Virus record (IMG/VR): IMGVR_UViG_3300025357_000008
Location: 106,262-170,261 of that record
Length of the DNA stretch: 64,000 nt
Reading direction: 5' to 3' (one strand)
Source of the DNA: a virus
Lineage: Duplodnaviria; Caudoviricetes
Shown: one piece after another, positions 39,386 to 45,937 of the stretch
Numbering within the stretch: position 1 is the stretch's first letter
Layout: every line of letters begins with the position of its first letter
Translations under genes and position numbers: made by a program
Notes under the pieces: model-generated
The model's input: the letters and a program-made list of their open reading frames with translations, nothing else
The model's database searches: none
What the model was told of the DNA's origin: nothing

Positions 39386-39422
39386 AAACCCCTAGCGTAA
39401 AAACTAGGGGTTTTTTGTTTTT
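39386..39422 (+). terminator. Attenuator terminator hairpin
   Basis: AAACCCCTAG-cgtaaaaa-CTAGGGGTTT + TTTGTTTTT; excludes pairing of 39345-39360 with 39378-39393. Confidence 0.85.
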
Positions 39423-39514
39423 GGAAGTTGATGCAGGTGCGTTGGTGCGCCGACCAGCCTTGAAAACTGGGTTCTCAGAAATGGGATGGGGTTCGACTCC
39501 TCCGACTTCCGCCA
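39423..39514 (+). tRNA. tRNA-Ser(UGA), non-canonical 8/4-type fold
   Basis: Loop CTTGAAA, long variable arm, G73-CCA. Confidence 0.8.
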
Positions 39515-39521
39515 GTATTTT

Positions 39522-39608
39522 GGAAGATGTGTTGCAAGGTGCGACAGAGGTTTGCTAAACCTTCGTTCAGAAATGGGCAGATAGGTTCGATTCCTATATC
39601 TTCCGCCA
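39522..39608 (+). tRNA. tRNA-Ser(GCU)
   Basis: Loop TTGCTAA, long variable arm, G73-CCA. Confidence 0.85.
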
Positions 39609-39614
39609 GGATAT

Positions 39615-39690
39615 GTACGTGTGACCCGAAAGGCTAGGGAGCAGATTGCAAATCTGTTTTATGTAGGTTCGATTCCTATCACGTACTCCA
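39615..39690 (+). tRNA. tRNA-Cys(GCA)
   Basis: Loop TTGCAAA, U73-CCA. Confidence 0.92.
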
Positions 39691-39699
39691 AAATTATTT

Positions 39700-39773
39700 T
39701 GTTGTAATCTTGCAACAAAGTATTGACAAATGATTTTTAGTGTGTTACACTAGAGTCTGTTCTTTAAAAATTT
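39700..39773 (+). promoter_or_regulatory. TGTTG-N8-CAACA, sigma70 promoter and boxA-like element
   Basis: TTGACA (39723)-17-TACACT; TGTTCTTTAAAAATTT at 39758. Confidence 0.75.
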
Positions 39774-39785
39774 GAGGTAGTTTTT

Positions 39786-39860
39786 GCTCGGTTCGTCTAT
39801 CGGTTAGGACACCGCTCTTTCACGGCGGGAAGACCAGTTCGATTCTGGTACCGAGTACCA
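39786..39860 (+). tRNA. tRNA-Glu(UUC)
   Basis: Loop CTTTCAC, CCA. Confidence 0.92.
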
Positions 39861-39982
39861 TTTGTTTTGCTGACGTAAGCCATGGGGGAAACGTCAACCC
39901 TGAGTAACTGCGTATATAAACGGTAAGGTGGCCACTAATTCCGTTGAACGTAGCAAATAGTGCGTCAGCAAAACAAATGGTA
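39856..39982 (+). ncRNA. Structured spacer RNA closed by a 20-bp stem
   Basis: TACCATTTGTTTTGCTGACG / CGTCAGCAAAACAAATGGTA perfect inverted repeat. Confidence 0.6.
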
Positions 39983-39987
39983 TTATT

Positions 39988-40062
39988 GGGGATATAACTT
40001 AACGGCTAAAGTAACTGGCTTTTAACCAGTAAATCAGAGTTCGATTCTCTGTGTCCCTACCA
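39988..40062 (+). tRNA. tRNA-Lys(UUU)
   Basis: Loop CTTTTAA, CCA. Confidence 0.92.
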
Positions 40063-40145
40063 TATAAAAACACATTGCCCTAGAAGCGGTGAGATGAATG
40101 ACACAATAGGCTCACAAGGGGTGTCGCAATGTGTTTTTATATGGT
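40059..40145 (+). ncRNA. Structured spacer RNA closed by a 20-bp stem, with possible internal pseudoknot
   Basis: ACCATATAAAAACACATTGC / GCAATGTGTTTTTATATGGT perfect inverted repeat. Confidence 0.6.
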
Positions 40146-40219
40146 CTCATAGTATAGCCTGGTGATTACAGCGGCTTGTCACGCCGTCAACAGGGGTTCG
40201 AATCCCCTTGGGACCGCCA
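40143..40219 (+). tRNA. tRNA-Asp(GUC)
   Basis: Loop TTGTCAC, G73-CCA. Confidence 0.92.
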
Positions 40220-40276
40220 GATTTTGTGGCATTTGCACAGTCACCAAGATAGTGCATTGTAAGTCCAATCTAATAT

Positions 40277-40351
40277 TCCTCAGTAGCTCAGAGGCAGAGC
40301 AAAGCACTGTTAATGCTTGGGTCCGTGGTTCGATCCCACGCTGAGGAGCCA
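40277..40351 (+). tRNA. tRNA-Asn(GUU)
   Basis: Loop CTGTTAA, G73-CCA. Confidence 0.93.
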
Positions 40352-40356
40352 AATAA

Positions 40357-40434
40357 CTCGGTATAGGCTAGCCCGGTCAAGTCACCTGCTTTGGGAGCAG
40401 GATATCGCAAGTTCGAATCTTGCTACCGAGACCA
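40357..40434 (+). tRNA. tRNA-Pro(UGG)
   Basis: Loop TTTGGGA, CCA. Confidence 0.92.
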
Positions 40435-40441
40435 ATATAAT

Positions 40442-40526
40442 GGAGATGCCGCCGCAATGGTGTGGCAGGGGACTGTAAATCCTCCGACTTCGGTCACGAT
40501 TGGTTCGATCCCAATCATCTCCACCA
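40442..40526 (+). tRNA. tRNA-Tyr(GUA)
   Basis: Loop CTGTAAA, long variable arm, CCA. Confidence 0.92.
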
Positions 40527-40538
40527 TTTAGGAAAATT

Positions 40539-40784
40539 ATGAATTATATCATAACATTTTTAGCAGTATTCATTACAGATATCTTGTATTGTTTTTTTAT
40601 AAAAGCAATGAGCGAAGATAAAATGTTTCTTGCAAGTATCTGGAGTTGCTTAGTAACATTTGCCGCAAGTGTAGCGGCAATTAATTATATTGATGACCAT
40701 ACAATGATAATTGCATCTGTATTAGGTGCATTTTGTGGTACATATGTTGCAATGAAGTTGAGAAAAACATTATTGGGGGATTAG
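40539..40784 (+). CDS. Small multi-TM membrane protein (ATG at 40539)
   Basis: Three hydrophobic segments; AGGA RBS. Confidence 0.65.
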   Translation: MNYIITFLAVFITDILYCFFIKAMSEDKMFLASIWSCLVTFAASVAAINYIDDHTMIIASVLGAFCGTYVAMKLRKTLLGD

Positions 40785-40849
40785 TGATAATGGGAGCACA
40801 TGTGCTTTGCAAGCATGAAGTAGGAGTTCGATTCTCCTATCCTCCACCA
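40775..40849 (+). tRNA. tRNA-Ala(UGC)
   Basis: Loop TTTGCAA, G3:U70, CCA. Confidence 0.92.
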
Positions 40850-40898
40850 AATCTCACCCTTACATACGGTGTACAATAGGAAAAGTAGTATGTAATAT

Positions 40899-40973
40899 GG
40901 TGACGTAGCTCAACGGTAGAGCATTTCCTTCATACGGAAAAGGTTGTGGGCTCGGTTCCCTCCGTCACTACCA
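40899..40973 (+). tRNA. tRNA-Met(CAU), probably elongator; atypical T-loop CTCGGTT
   Basis: Loop TTCATAC, CCA. Confidence 0.8.
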
Positions 40974-40979
40974 AATTGT

Positions 40980-41053
40980 TGGGGATTAGTTAAATGGTAT
41001 AACAATGGATTTTGATTCCATCATCATAGGTTCGATTCCTATATCCCCTGCCA
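40980..41053 (+). tRNA. tRNA-Gln(UUG)
   Basis: Loop TTTTGAT, open 1:72 pair, G73-CCA. Confidence 0.9.
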
Positions 41054-41055
41054 AA

Positions 41056-41130
41056 CGGTCTTTAGTAAAATGAATATTACACCTTGCTACGAACGAGGAA
41101 GTGGGAGTTTGATTCTCTCAGGACCGTCCA
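41056..41130 (+). tRNA. tRNA-Arg(ACG)
   Basis: Loop CTACGAA, CCA. Confidence 0.85.
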
Positions 41131-41134
41131 ATTA

Positions 41135-41208
41135 GCCCTTATAGTATAGTGGTATTACAACGGATTTGTAACCCGTTGACGGGAGTTCGATTCTCTCTTG
41201 GGGCACCA
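41135..41208 (+). tRNA. tRNA-Thr(UGU)
   Basis: Loop TTTGTAA, CCA. Confidence 0.88.
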
Positions 41209-41215
41209 AATACAT

Positions 41216-41289
41216 ACCCCGTTAGCTCAATGGCAGAGCAAAGTGCTGATAACGCTGAGACAGAAGTTCGATTCTTCTACAGGGTACCA
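41216..41289 (+). tRNA. tRNA-Ile(GAU)
   Basis: Loop CTGATAA, CCA. Confidence 0.9.
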
Positions 41290-41293
41290 ATAT

Positions 41294-41367
41294 CTCTCGC
41301 AAGTGTTCCGGTAGCACAAGGTTCTCCAAAAGCCTTGGACGGGGTTCGATTCCCTGGCGAGAGGCCA
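41294..41367 (+). tRNA. tRNA-Trp(CCA)
   Basis: Loop CTCCAAA, G73-CCA. Confidence 0.9.
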
Positions 41368-41368
41368 A

Positions 41369-41959
41369 TTATCTTAGAAATCCTTGTATCTCGCTGATTG
41401 CATCTTGAATTGCATCGGATGAATAGAAGTAATCTAAAAGATTTTCCGACATAAGATTGAGAATTTCAATTCTTCTTTCCATGTTCTTACGAGTATTCTT
41501 CAAGTTGTCAATATGGTTCTGTGTGAACTTTTGCAACATGTTTTCTTTTTTCTTTGATTTGATTCGTACAACAATCAATTCAAATTTGTGTATTTGTTTA
41601 CTTATTTCGGCAATGTTATTGTTGACGTTTTTAATACCCTCAATAATATCACCTTTCATCATCATAATTAAATCATCCGTAATAGGATCCATTTTGTTTA
41701 TGAAATGGTGCAACAGATTAGCAAGTTCATTCATAACTTCGGCATTTATGTCTCTAGGTTGTTCGTAATTGCCGGTAGCATCATAATTGGCTCGTCTTTG
41801 AGGATCGCTAAGGATCTCATAAGCCATTTTAATTTTTTTAAACGTTTCTTCATCACCACCTTTGTCTGGATGATGTATTTGTGCTAAAGTTCTGTATGCA
41901 TGTTTAATTTCTTCACTTGTACAGTCTGGTGATAATTCCAGTAGTTTGTATAGGTCCAT
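41369..41959 (-). CDS. J-domain (DnaJ-like) protein with coiled coil
   Basis: DLYKLL, HPDKGG, AYEILSDP..R..YD. Confidence 0.9.
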   Translation of the reverse strand: MDLYKLLELSPDCTSEEIKHAYRTLAQIHHPDKGGDEETFKKIKMAYEILSDPQRRANYDATGNYEQPRDINAEVMNELANLLHHFINKMDPITDDLIMMMKGDIIEGIKNVNNNIAEISKQIHKFELIVVRIKSKKKENMLQKFTQNHIDNLKNTRKNMERRIEILNLMSENLLDYFYSSDAIQDAISEIQGFLR

Positions 41960-42012
41960 GATGTTTAAATAGTAGTTGTTAGTTATTTATTGTTGTAAAA
42001 GAGAGGTGTTCT

Positions 42013-42489
42013 ATGAGAGATTTCGATGTACAAAAAGTCAAAGATTTTATCTTGTCTCAAGGTCCAGATACTAGAGTATATCTTGGTGCCGACTCAGAAC
42101 GTCTTAGAGTTAATGGTGTATGGTATGCCGACTATGCACTTGCCGTTGTTGTTCATATTGATGGTTGCCATGGTTGTAAGATTTTCGGTTTTGTAGACCG
42201 TGAATTAGATTACGACCACAAGAAAAGTAAACCAGCAATGCGTTTGATGACAGAGGTATATAAAGTATCTGAATTGTTTCAAGAAATGGCAGATGTCTTA
42301 GAAGACCGCCATGTCGAAGTACATTTAGACTTAAATAAATCTGATGAATTTGGTTCTTCTTGCGTTGTGCAACAAGCAATAGGATACATCAAAGGTACAT
42401 GTGATATCACTCCTATGGTGAAACCAGATGCACCTGCCGCAAGTTTTTGCGCTGACAGATTGAAAAGAATCTTGGCAGAGCAGGAATAA
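42013..42489 (+). CDS. RNase H-like YkuK (DUF458) family protein
   Basis: YLGADS, RLMTEV, EVHLDLN, KPDAPAAS..AD. Confidence 0.75.
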   Translation: MRDFDVQKVKDFILSQGPDTRVYLGADSERLRVNGVWYADYALAVVVHIDGCHGCKIFGFVDRELDYDHKKSKPAMRLMTEVYKVSELFQEMADVLEDRHVEVHLDLNKSDEFGSSCVVQQAIGYIKGTCDITPMVKPDAPAASFCADRLKRILAEQE

Positions 42490-42494
42490 ATAAT

Positions 42495-42571
42495 GGAGAC
42501 TATAGTGTAACGGTTTAGCACCCGACTCTGTGAAAGTCGTAGAATGGGTTCGTCTCCCATTAGTCTCCCCA
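42495..42571 (+). tRNA. tRNA-His(GUG)
   Basis: Loop CTGTGAA, G-1:C73, CCA. Confidence 0.92.
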
Positions 42572-42590
42572 AACTTTGTTAAGGAAAATT

Positions 42591-42863
42591 ATGAAAATAG
42601 GTGGTATCTATTATGAGATTCTTCATAAGACAAATGAAGAAATGAATGGCAATATTGGTCTTGCTGATTTCAATAGACAAGAAATTAGCATCAATACTGA
42701 CCATACAATGCAAACTCAAAAAATTGCTTTAGTGCATGAGATTTTGCACATACTAGACAGCACCTATCATCTTAAATTAACCGAAGAACAAGTAATCTAT
42801 ACCGCACATGCGCTAATAGGTTTCATTGAAGATAACAAAGATTTTCTGACCGATTTATTATAA
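42591..42863 (+). CDS. Small HExxH metallopeptidase-like protein
   Basis: ALVHEILH; ATG at 42591 after AAGGA. Confidence 0.65.
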   Translation: MKIGGIYYEILHKTNEEMNGNIGLADFNRQEISINTDHTMQTQKIALVHEILHILDSTYHLKLTEEQVIYTAHALIGFIEDNKDFLTDLL

Positions 42864-42872
42864 AGGAATATT

Positions 42873-43133
42873 ATGTACACACCCTTGCATGACAAGATTA
42901 TCGTTCAACGACTTGAAAAAGTCAATCAAACCGCTTCCGGTATTATACTCAAATCTTCACCCGAACCAGATAGAGCAAAAGTTGTTTCTATCGGTCCTGA
43001 TGTTGAAGAAGTTGCTGTAGGAGAAGAAATTCTCGTAAACTGGAACGGAGCAATTAAAGTAAAAGATGACTTATATACTTTAAAAGTAGAACACGTTGTA
43101 GGTGTTTTTGAAGATAATGCCTCGGTAGTTTAA
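42873..43133 (+). CDS. groES: Co-chaperonin GroES/Cpn10
   Basis: PLHDKIIV, TASGIIL, VVSIGP. Confidence 0.88.
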   Translation: MYTPLHDKIIVQRLEKVNQTASGIILKSSPEPDRAKVVSIGPDVEEVAVGEEILVNWNGAIKVKDDLYTLKVEHVVGVFEDNASVV

Positions 43134-43192
43134 TGGTAGAACGGCATCCTTACACGGTGCATACGGGAGTTCGATTCTCCAACGAGGTACCA
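43119..43192 (+). tRNA. tRNA-Val(UAC)
   Basis: Loop CTTACAC, CCA. Confidence 0.88.
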
Positions 43193-43195
43193 GAT

Positions 43196-43271
43196 GCAAC
43201 TTTAGCTGATGTGGTCATAGCGGTGGTTTGAAGAGCCATTGAAACAGGTTCGATTCCTGTAGGTTGCACCA
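43196..43271 (+). tRNA. tRNA-Phe(GAA)
   Basis: Loop TTGAAGA, CCA. Confidence 0.88.
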
Positions 43272-43274
43272 GAT

Positions 43275-43358
43275 GCCCTGGTGGTGGAATTGGTAGACAC
43301 ACTGGTATTAGAAGCCAGCGCCAAAAGCATGAGAGTTCGAGTCTCTCCTAGGGCACCA
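43275..43358 (+). tRNA. tRNA-Leu(UAG)
   Basis: Loop ATTAGAA, long variable arm, CCA. Confidence 0.9.
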
Positions 43359-43390
43359 GTATAAATAAAGATTTAATAATATGCTACACC

Positions 43391-43936
43391 ATGTCACATA
43401 AAGAACAAAGAGATTTTATTACTAAACTCAAAGAAAAATTCCCAAATAATTTCAGAAACATTAAAATGCTTGAAATTGGTAGTCTAGATATAAATGGATC
43501 TATTAGAGAGTATTTTGAAAACTGCAACTATATTGGTTATGATGTAGGTGAAGGAAAACTCGTTGATGTTGTTTATGATGGGATCACATTTAGAGCAGAA
43601 GATATAGAATTTGATACTACCGGAAGTTGTAATTGTTTTGAGCATAATCCTAATTGGGTATCCAATTTTAAAGATATGCACAGAATATTAAAATCTGGTG
43701 GTTTACATTTTATATCTGTACCGACAACAGGATGCCCTGAACATGGTACTGAAAAAGAAAAATCAGATGATAGTCCTTTGACGATTGCAAAAGGTGAAGG
43801 GTGGAAAGATTATTATAAGAATCTAACCGAAGAAGACTTCAGAGAAAACTTTAATTTAGATGAAATGTTTAGTGAATATAAATTTGAAGTAAACGATGAA
43901 GCTCACGATTTATATTTTTACGGTATTAAAAAATAA
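43391..43936 (+). CDS. Class I SAM-dependent methyltransferase (late promoter)
   Basis: LEIGSLDINGS, CFEHNP, RILKSGG. Confidence 0.8.
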   Translation: MSHKEQRDFITKLKEKFPNNFRNIKMLEIGSLDINGSIREYFENCNYIGYDVGEGKLVDVVYDGITFRAEDIEFDTTGSCNCFEHNPNWVSNFKDMHRILKSGGLHFISVPTTGCPEHGTEKEKSDDSPLTIAKGEGWKDYYKNLTEEDFRENFNLDEMFSEYKFEVNDEAHDLYFYGIKK

Positions 43937-44011
43937 GCGGGTATGGTGCTAGTGGTAACACATGACTTTGCCAAAGTTAAGTTACGAGTTCGATTCTCGT
44001 TACCCGCTCCA
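43937..44011 (+). tRNA. tRNA-Gly(GCC)
   Basis: Loop TTGCCAA, U73-CCA. Confidence 0.92.
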
Positions 44012-44029
44012 AAGTCATTATAAATATAT

Positions 44030-44103
44030 TGCGGGATGGTGAAATGGTATCACAGAGGACTCATAATCCTCAGTTCCTCGTTCGAATCTTGGTCCCGCAA
44101 CCA
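44030..44103 (+). tRNA. tRNA-CAU, initiator-like acceptor (TGCGGGA)
   Basis: Loop CTCATAA; preceded by TATAAATA; anticodon stem has GGA rather than GGG. Confidence 0.75.
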
Positions 44104-44107
44104 AAAA

Positions 44108-44845
44108 CTACTTCAAATTTAATATTTGTTCAGCTTCTTGTATTCTTGTTCTGGTACTTCTGCTACCTAAGATTACAAGTATCTTATCATCCGTCAACAT
44201 TACAATACACCCACCTGCGGGAAACGTCCATCCAGTCTTACTGACTTGAATATTGGTATGTTTTTCTGTAAGTGGGTTTGTGTTTGTGTAATCTACCCAT
44301 TTATCATTGATTAGAATTTTAGTTCTATATTGTTTGCTTAATGATATCAAAGGATAATTTTTTGCTTCTTTGACGAGTAACATTAAGTCTTTTGCCGTAC
44401 TGATATTTTCTTTATCTAATCCTGTTGGCTCAATAATTTTAGTATTCTGCATACCTATTTGAATTGCTTTATTATTAATTGCCTCAATACAAGCATTTAA
44501 ACCACCGGTATAATTTTGACATAAAGTTAAAGCGGCACGATTATCTGACGATACTAATGCCATCTCTATCAAATCTTTTCTTGTAGTCTTTTGATTTTTT
44601 CTTGGTAACTTATCTCTTAGTTCTGTAGTAAGAGTTAAGACTTGTGTTAAATCTTGTTTAGCATCTATTACTACCATTGCAGTAAGTAATTTTGTGATAC
44701 TAGCGATTGAACGCACTTCATCTATATTTTGAGATGCTATAATAGTGCCATTAATATCAGCCAATAGCCATGACTTTGCTGTTAATGTTTTTGCATTACA
44801 GAATAGTGAAAACGTTAATAGACAGATAAATAATAGACGAGACAA
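44108..44845 (-). CDS. D-Ala-D-Ala endo/carboxypeptidase (peptidase S11, PBP7/PbpG-like), signal peptide
   Basis: SITK (SxxK), SDN (SxN), KTG motifs. Confidence 0.9.
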   Translation of the reverse strand: MSRLLFICLLTFSLFCNAKTLTAKSWLLADINGTIIASQNIDEVRSIASITKLLTAMVVIDAKQDLTQVLTLTTELRDKLPRKNQKTTRKDLIEMALVSSDNRAALTLCQNYTGGLNACIEAINNKAIQIGMQNTKIIEPTGLDKENISTAKDLMLLVKEAKNYPLISLSKQYRTKILINDKWVDYTNTNPLTEKHTNIQVSKTGWTFPAGGCIVMLTDDKILVILGSRSTRTRIQEAEQILNLK

Positions 44846-45022
44846 ATAAAACCTCTTTTTGCATTGATGAATGAATATTTATGGACGTTCATATACACTC
44901 ATTTCAACAATCAAATGCGCTTCACAACAAAACTTTTAGAACATTTAGAAACAATAGAAAATGTCGGTAAATTTTTTCTGATGTTTTTTATATTTGGTAT
45001 ATCAGTCACCGTTTTTGTTTTA

Positions 45023-45829
45023 CTATTCCTCTGGTGGGCTTTCAAAAGTAGGCTTCTGTGACCTTTCAATATAGTTTAGAATTTCTCTTTTACGAAGTTC
45101 TTCATAACGATATTGATTAGTGTGGTGCATTAAATCTGGATATCTTTTTTGTGCATCATTTGCAACTACAGCAAAAATGCATCCTGCGGCAAACAAAATA
45201 ATTAGAAAAAGACCACCAAAATAAGCATCAGCTTTTAGTGTTCGCATTAAGGCTTCTTTTCTTCTTAAAGCGGCCGCTTCCATTTTCATTCTCTTGGCAA
45301 TAAGAACTTTTTCTTGTTTACCAAGTTCATCCATCATTTTGTTTACATCAGACCATAGAGCACCAAGTTCCGGTGGGCTTTGGTATACAACAAGCTCACG
45401 TAAATCGACACTCATTTGTTCTAATTTCTTTTTCATTAAAACTCGTTGTAATGCACGTTTACCTATACTAGCATCACCTTCATAGATATGTGTTTGACTA
45501 TGCTTTTCTTCTTCCTCTAGGACAGTTTTGCATTTGTGGAAAGCATCAAAGAATTCGCCAAGTTTTTCACCGATTTCTGAATACACATCGTCAGTTTCAC
45601 CGCCCTTTTTATTGAGTTCGATGATTTCATTTTTCTTTTCTTGTAATTGTTTCTTTTGCTCGTATGTAGGAGGCTTATCTTTATGATTGGCGTGGAACTG
45701 CTTATCAAGGTCGTCAAGCACTTCTTTAACATTGCCTGCCGCACCTTTGATATCTTTGTAGAGTTGACAACCTTTTTTAACCGCCGCAACAGCGGCATTC
45801 GCCATAGCGAATAGTGTAATTGGATCCAT
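45023..45829 (-). CDS. Coiled-coil protein with C-terminal TM helix
   Basis: MDPITLFAMANAAVAAVKKG; hydrophobic segment near residue 205-225. Confidence 0.65.
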   Translation of the reverse strand: MDPITLFAMANAAVAAVKKGCQLYKDIKGAAGNVKEVLDDLDKQFHANHKDKPPTYEQKKQLQEKKNEIIELNKKGGETDDVYSEIGEKLGEFFDAFHKCKTVLEEEEKHSQTHIYEGDASIGKRALQRVLMKKKLEQMSVDLRELVVYQSPPELGALWSDVNKMMDELGKQEKVLIAKRMKMEAAALRRKEALMRTLKADAYFGGLFLIILFAAGCIFAVVANDAQKRYPDLMHHTNQYRYEELRKREILNYIERSQKPTFESPPEE

Positions 45830-45889
45830 GTAGCGTTATGATTACCAGATTTAATAGTCAAAATACATGGTAAAGATAACAGGAACTGC

Positions 45890-45918
45890 TTGACAGTTCG
45901 GACGATTTCATATATAAT
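45890..45918 (+). promoter_or_regulatory. Sigma70 promoter for tRNA-Gly/gp43 unit
   Basis: TTGACA-17-TATAAT. Confidence 0.85.
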
Positions 45919-45937
45919 AGATGAACTATCTATTTAT

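Noticed and set aside
39423-39514. tRNA-Sec
   Set aside because: Anticodon is UGA (Ser), not UCA; no sel genes in the window
39861-39900. Hammerhead ribozyme (CTGA...GAAAC)
   Set aside because: Core reads CTGACGT, not CUGANGA, and the required stems are not evident
40860-40895. TTACATAC/GTATGTAA hairpin between tRNA-Ala and tRNA-Met as a third ncRNA
   Set aside because: Only 8 AT-rich bp; too weak to call
40162-44244. ORF-track calls 40162-40344, 41149-41397 and 44029-44244
   Set aside because: They run through tRNA genes; spurious
44864-45061. 65-aa hydrophobic + strand ORF as a holin
   Set aside because: TTG start, no clear RBS, overlaps a minus-strand gene and promoter; insufficient support
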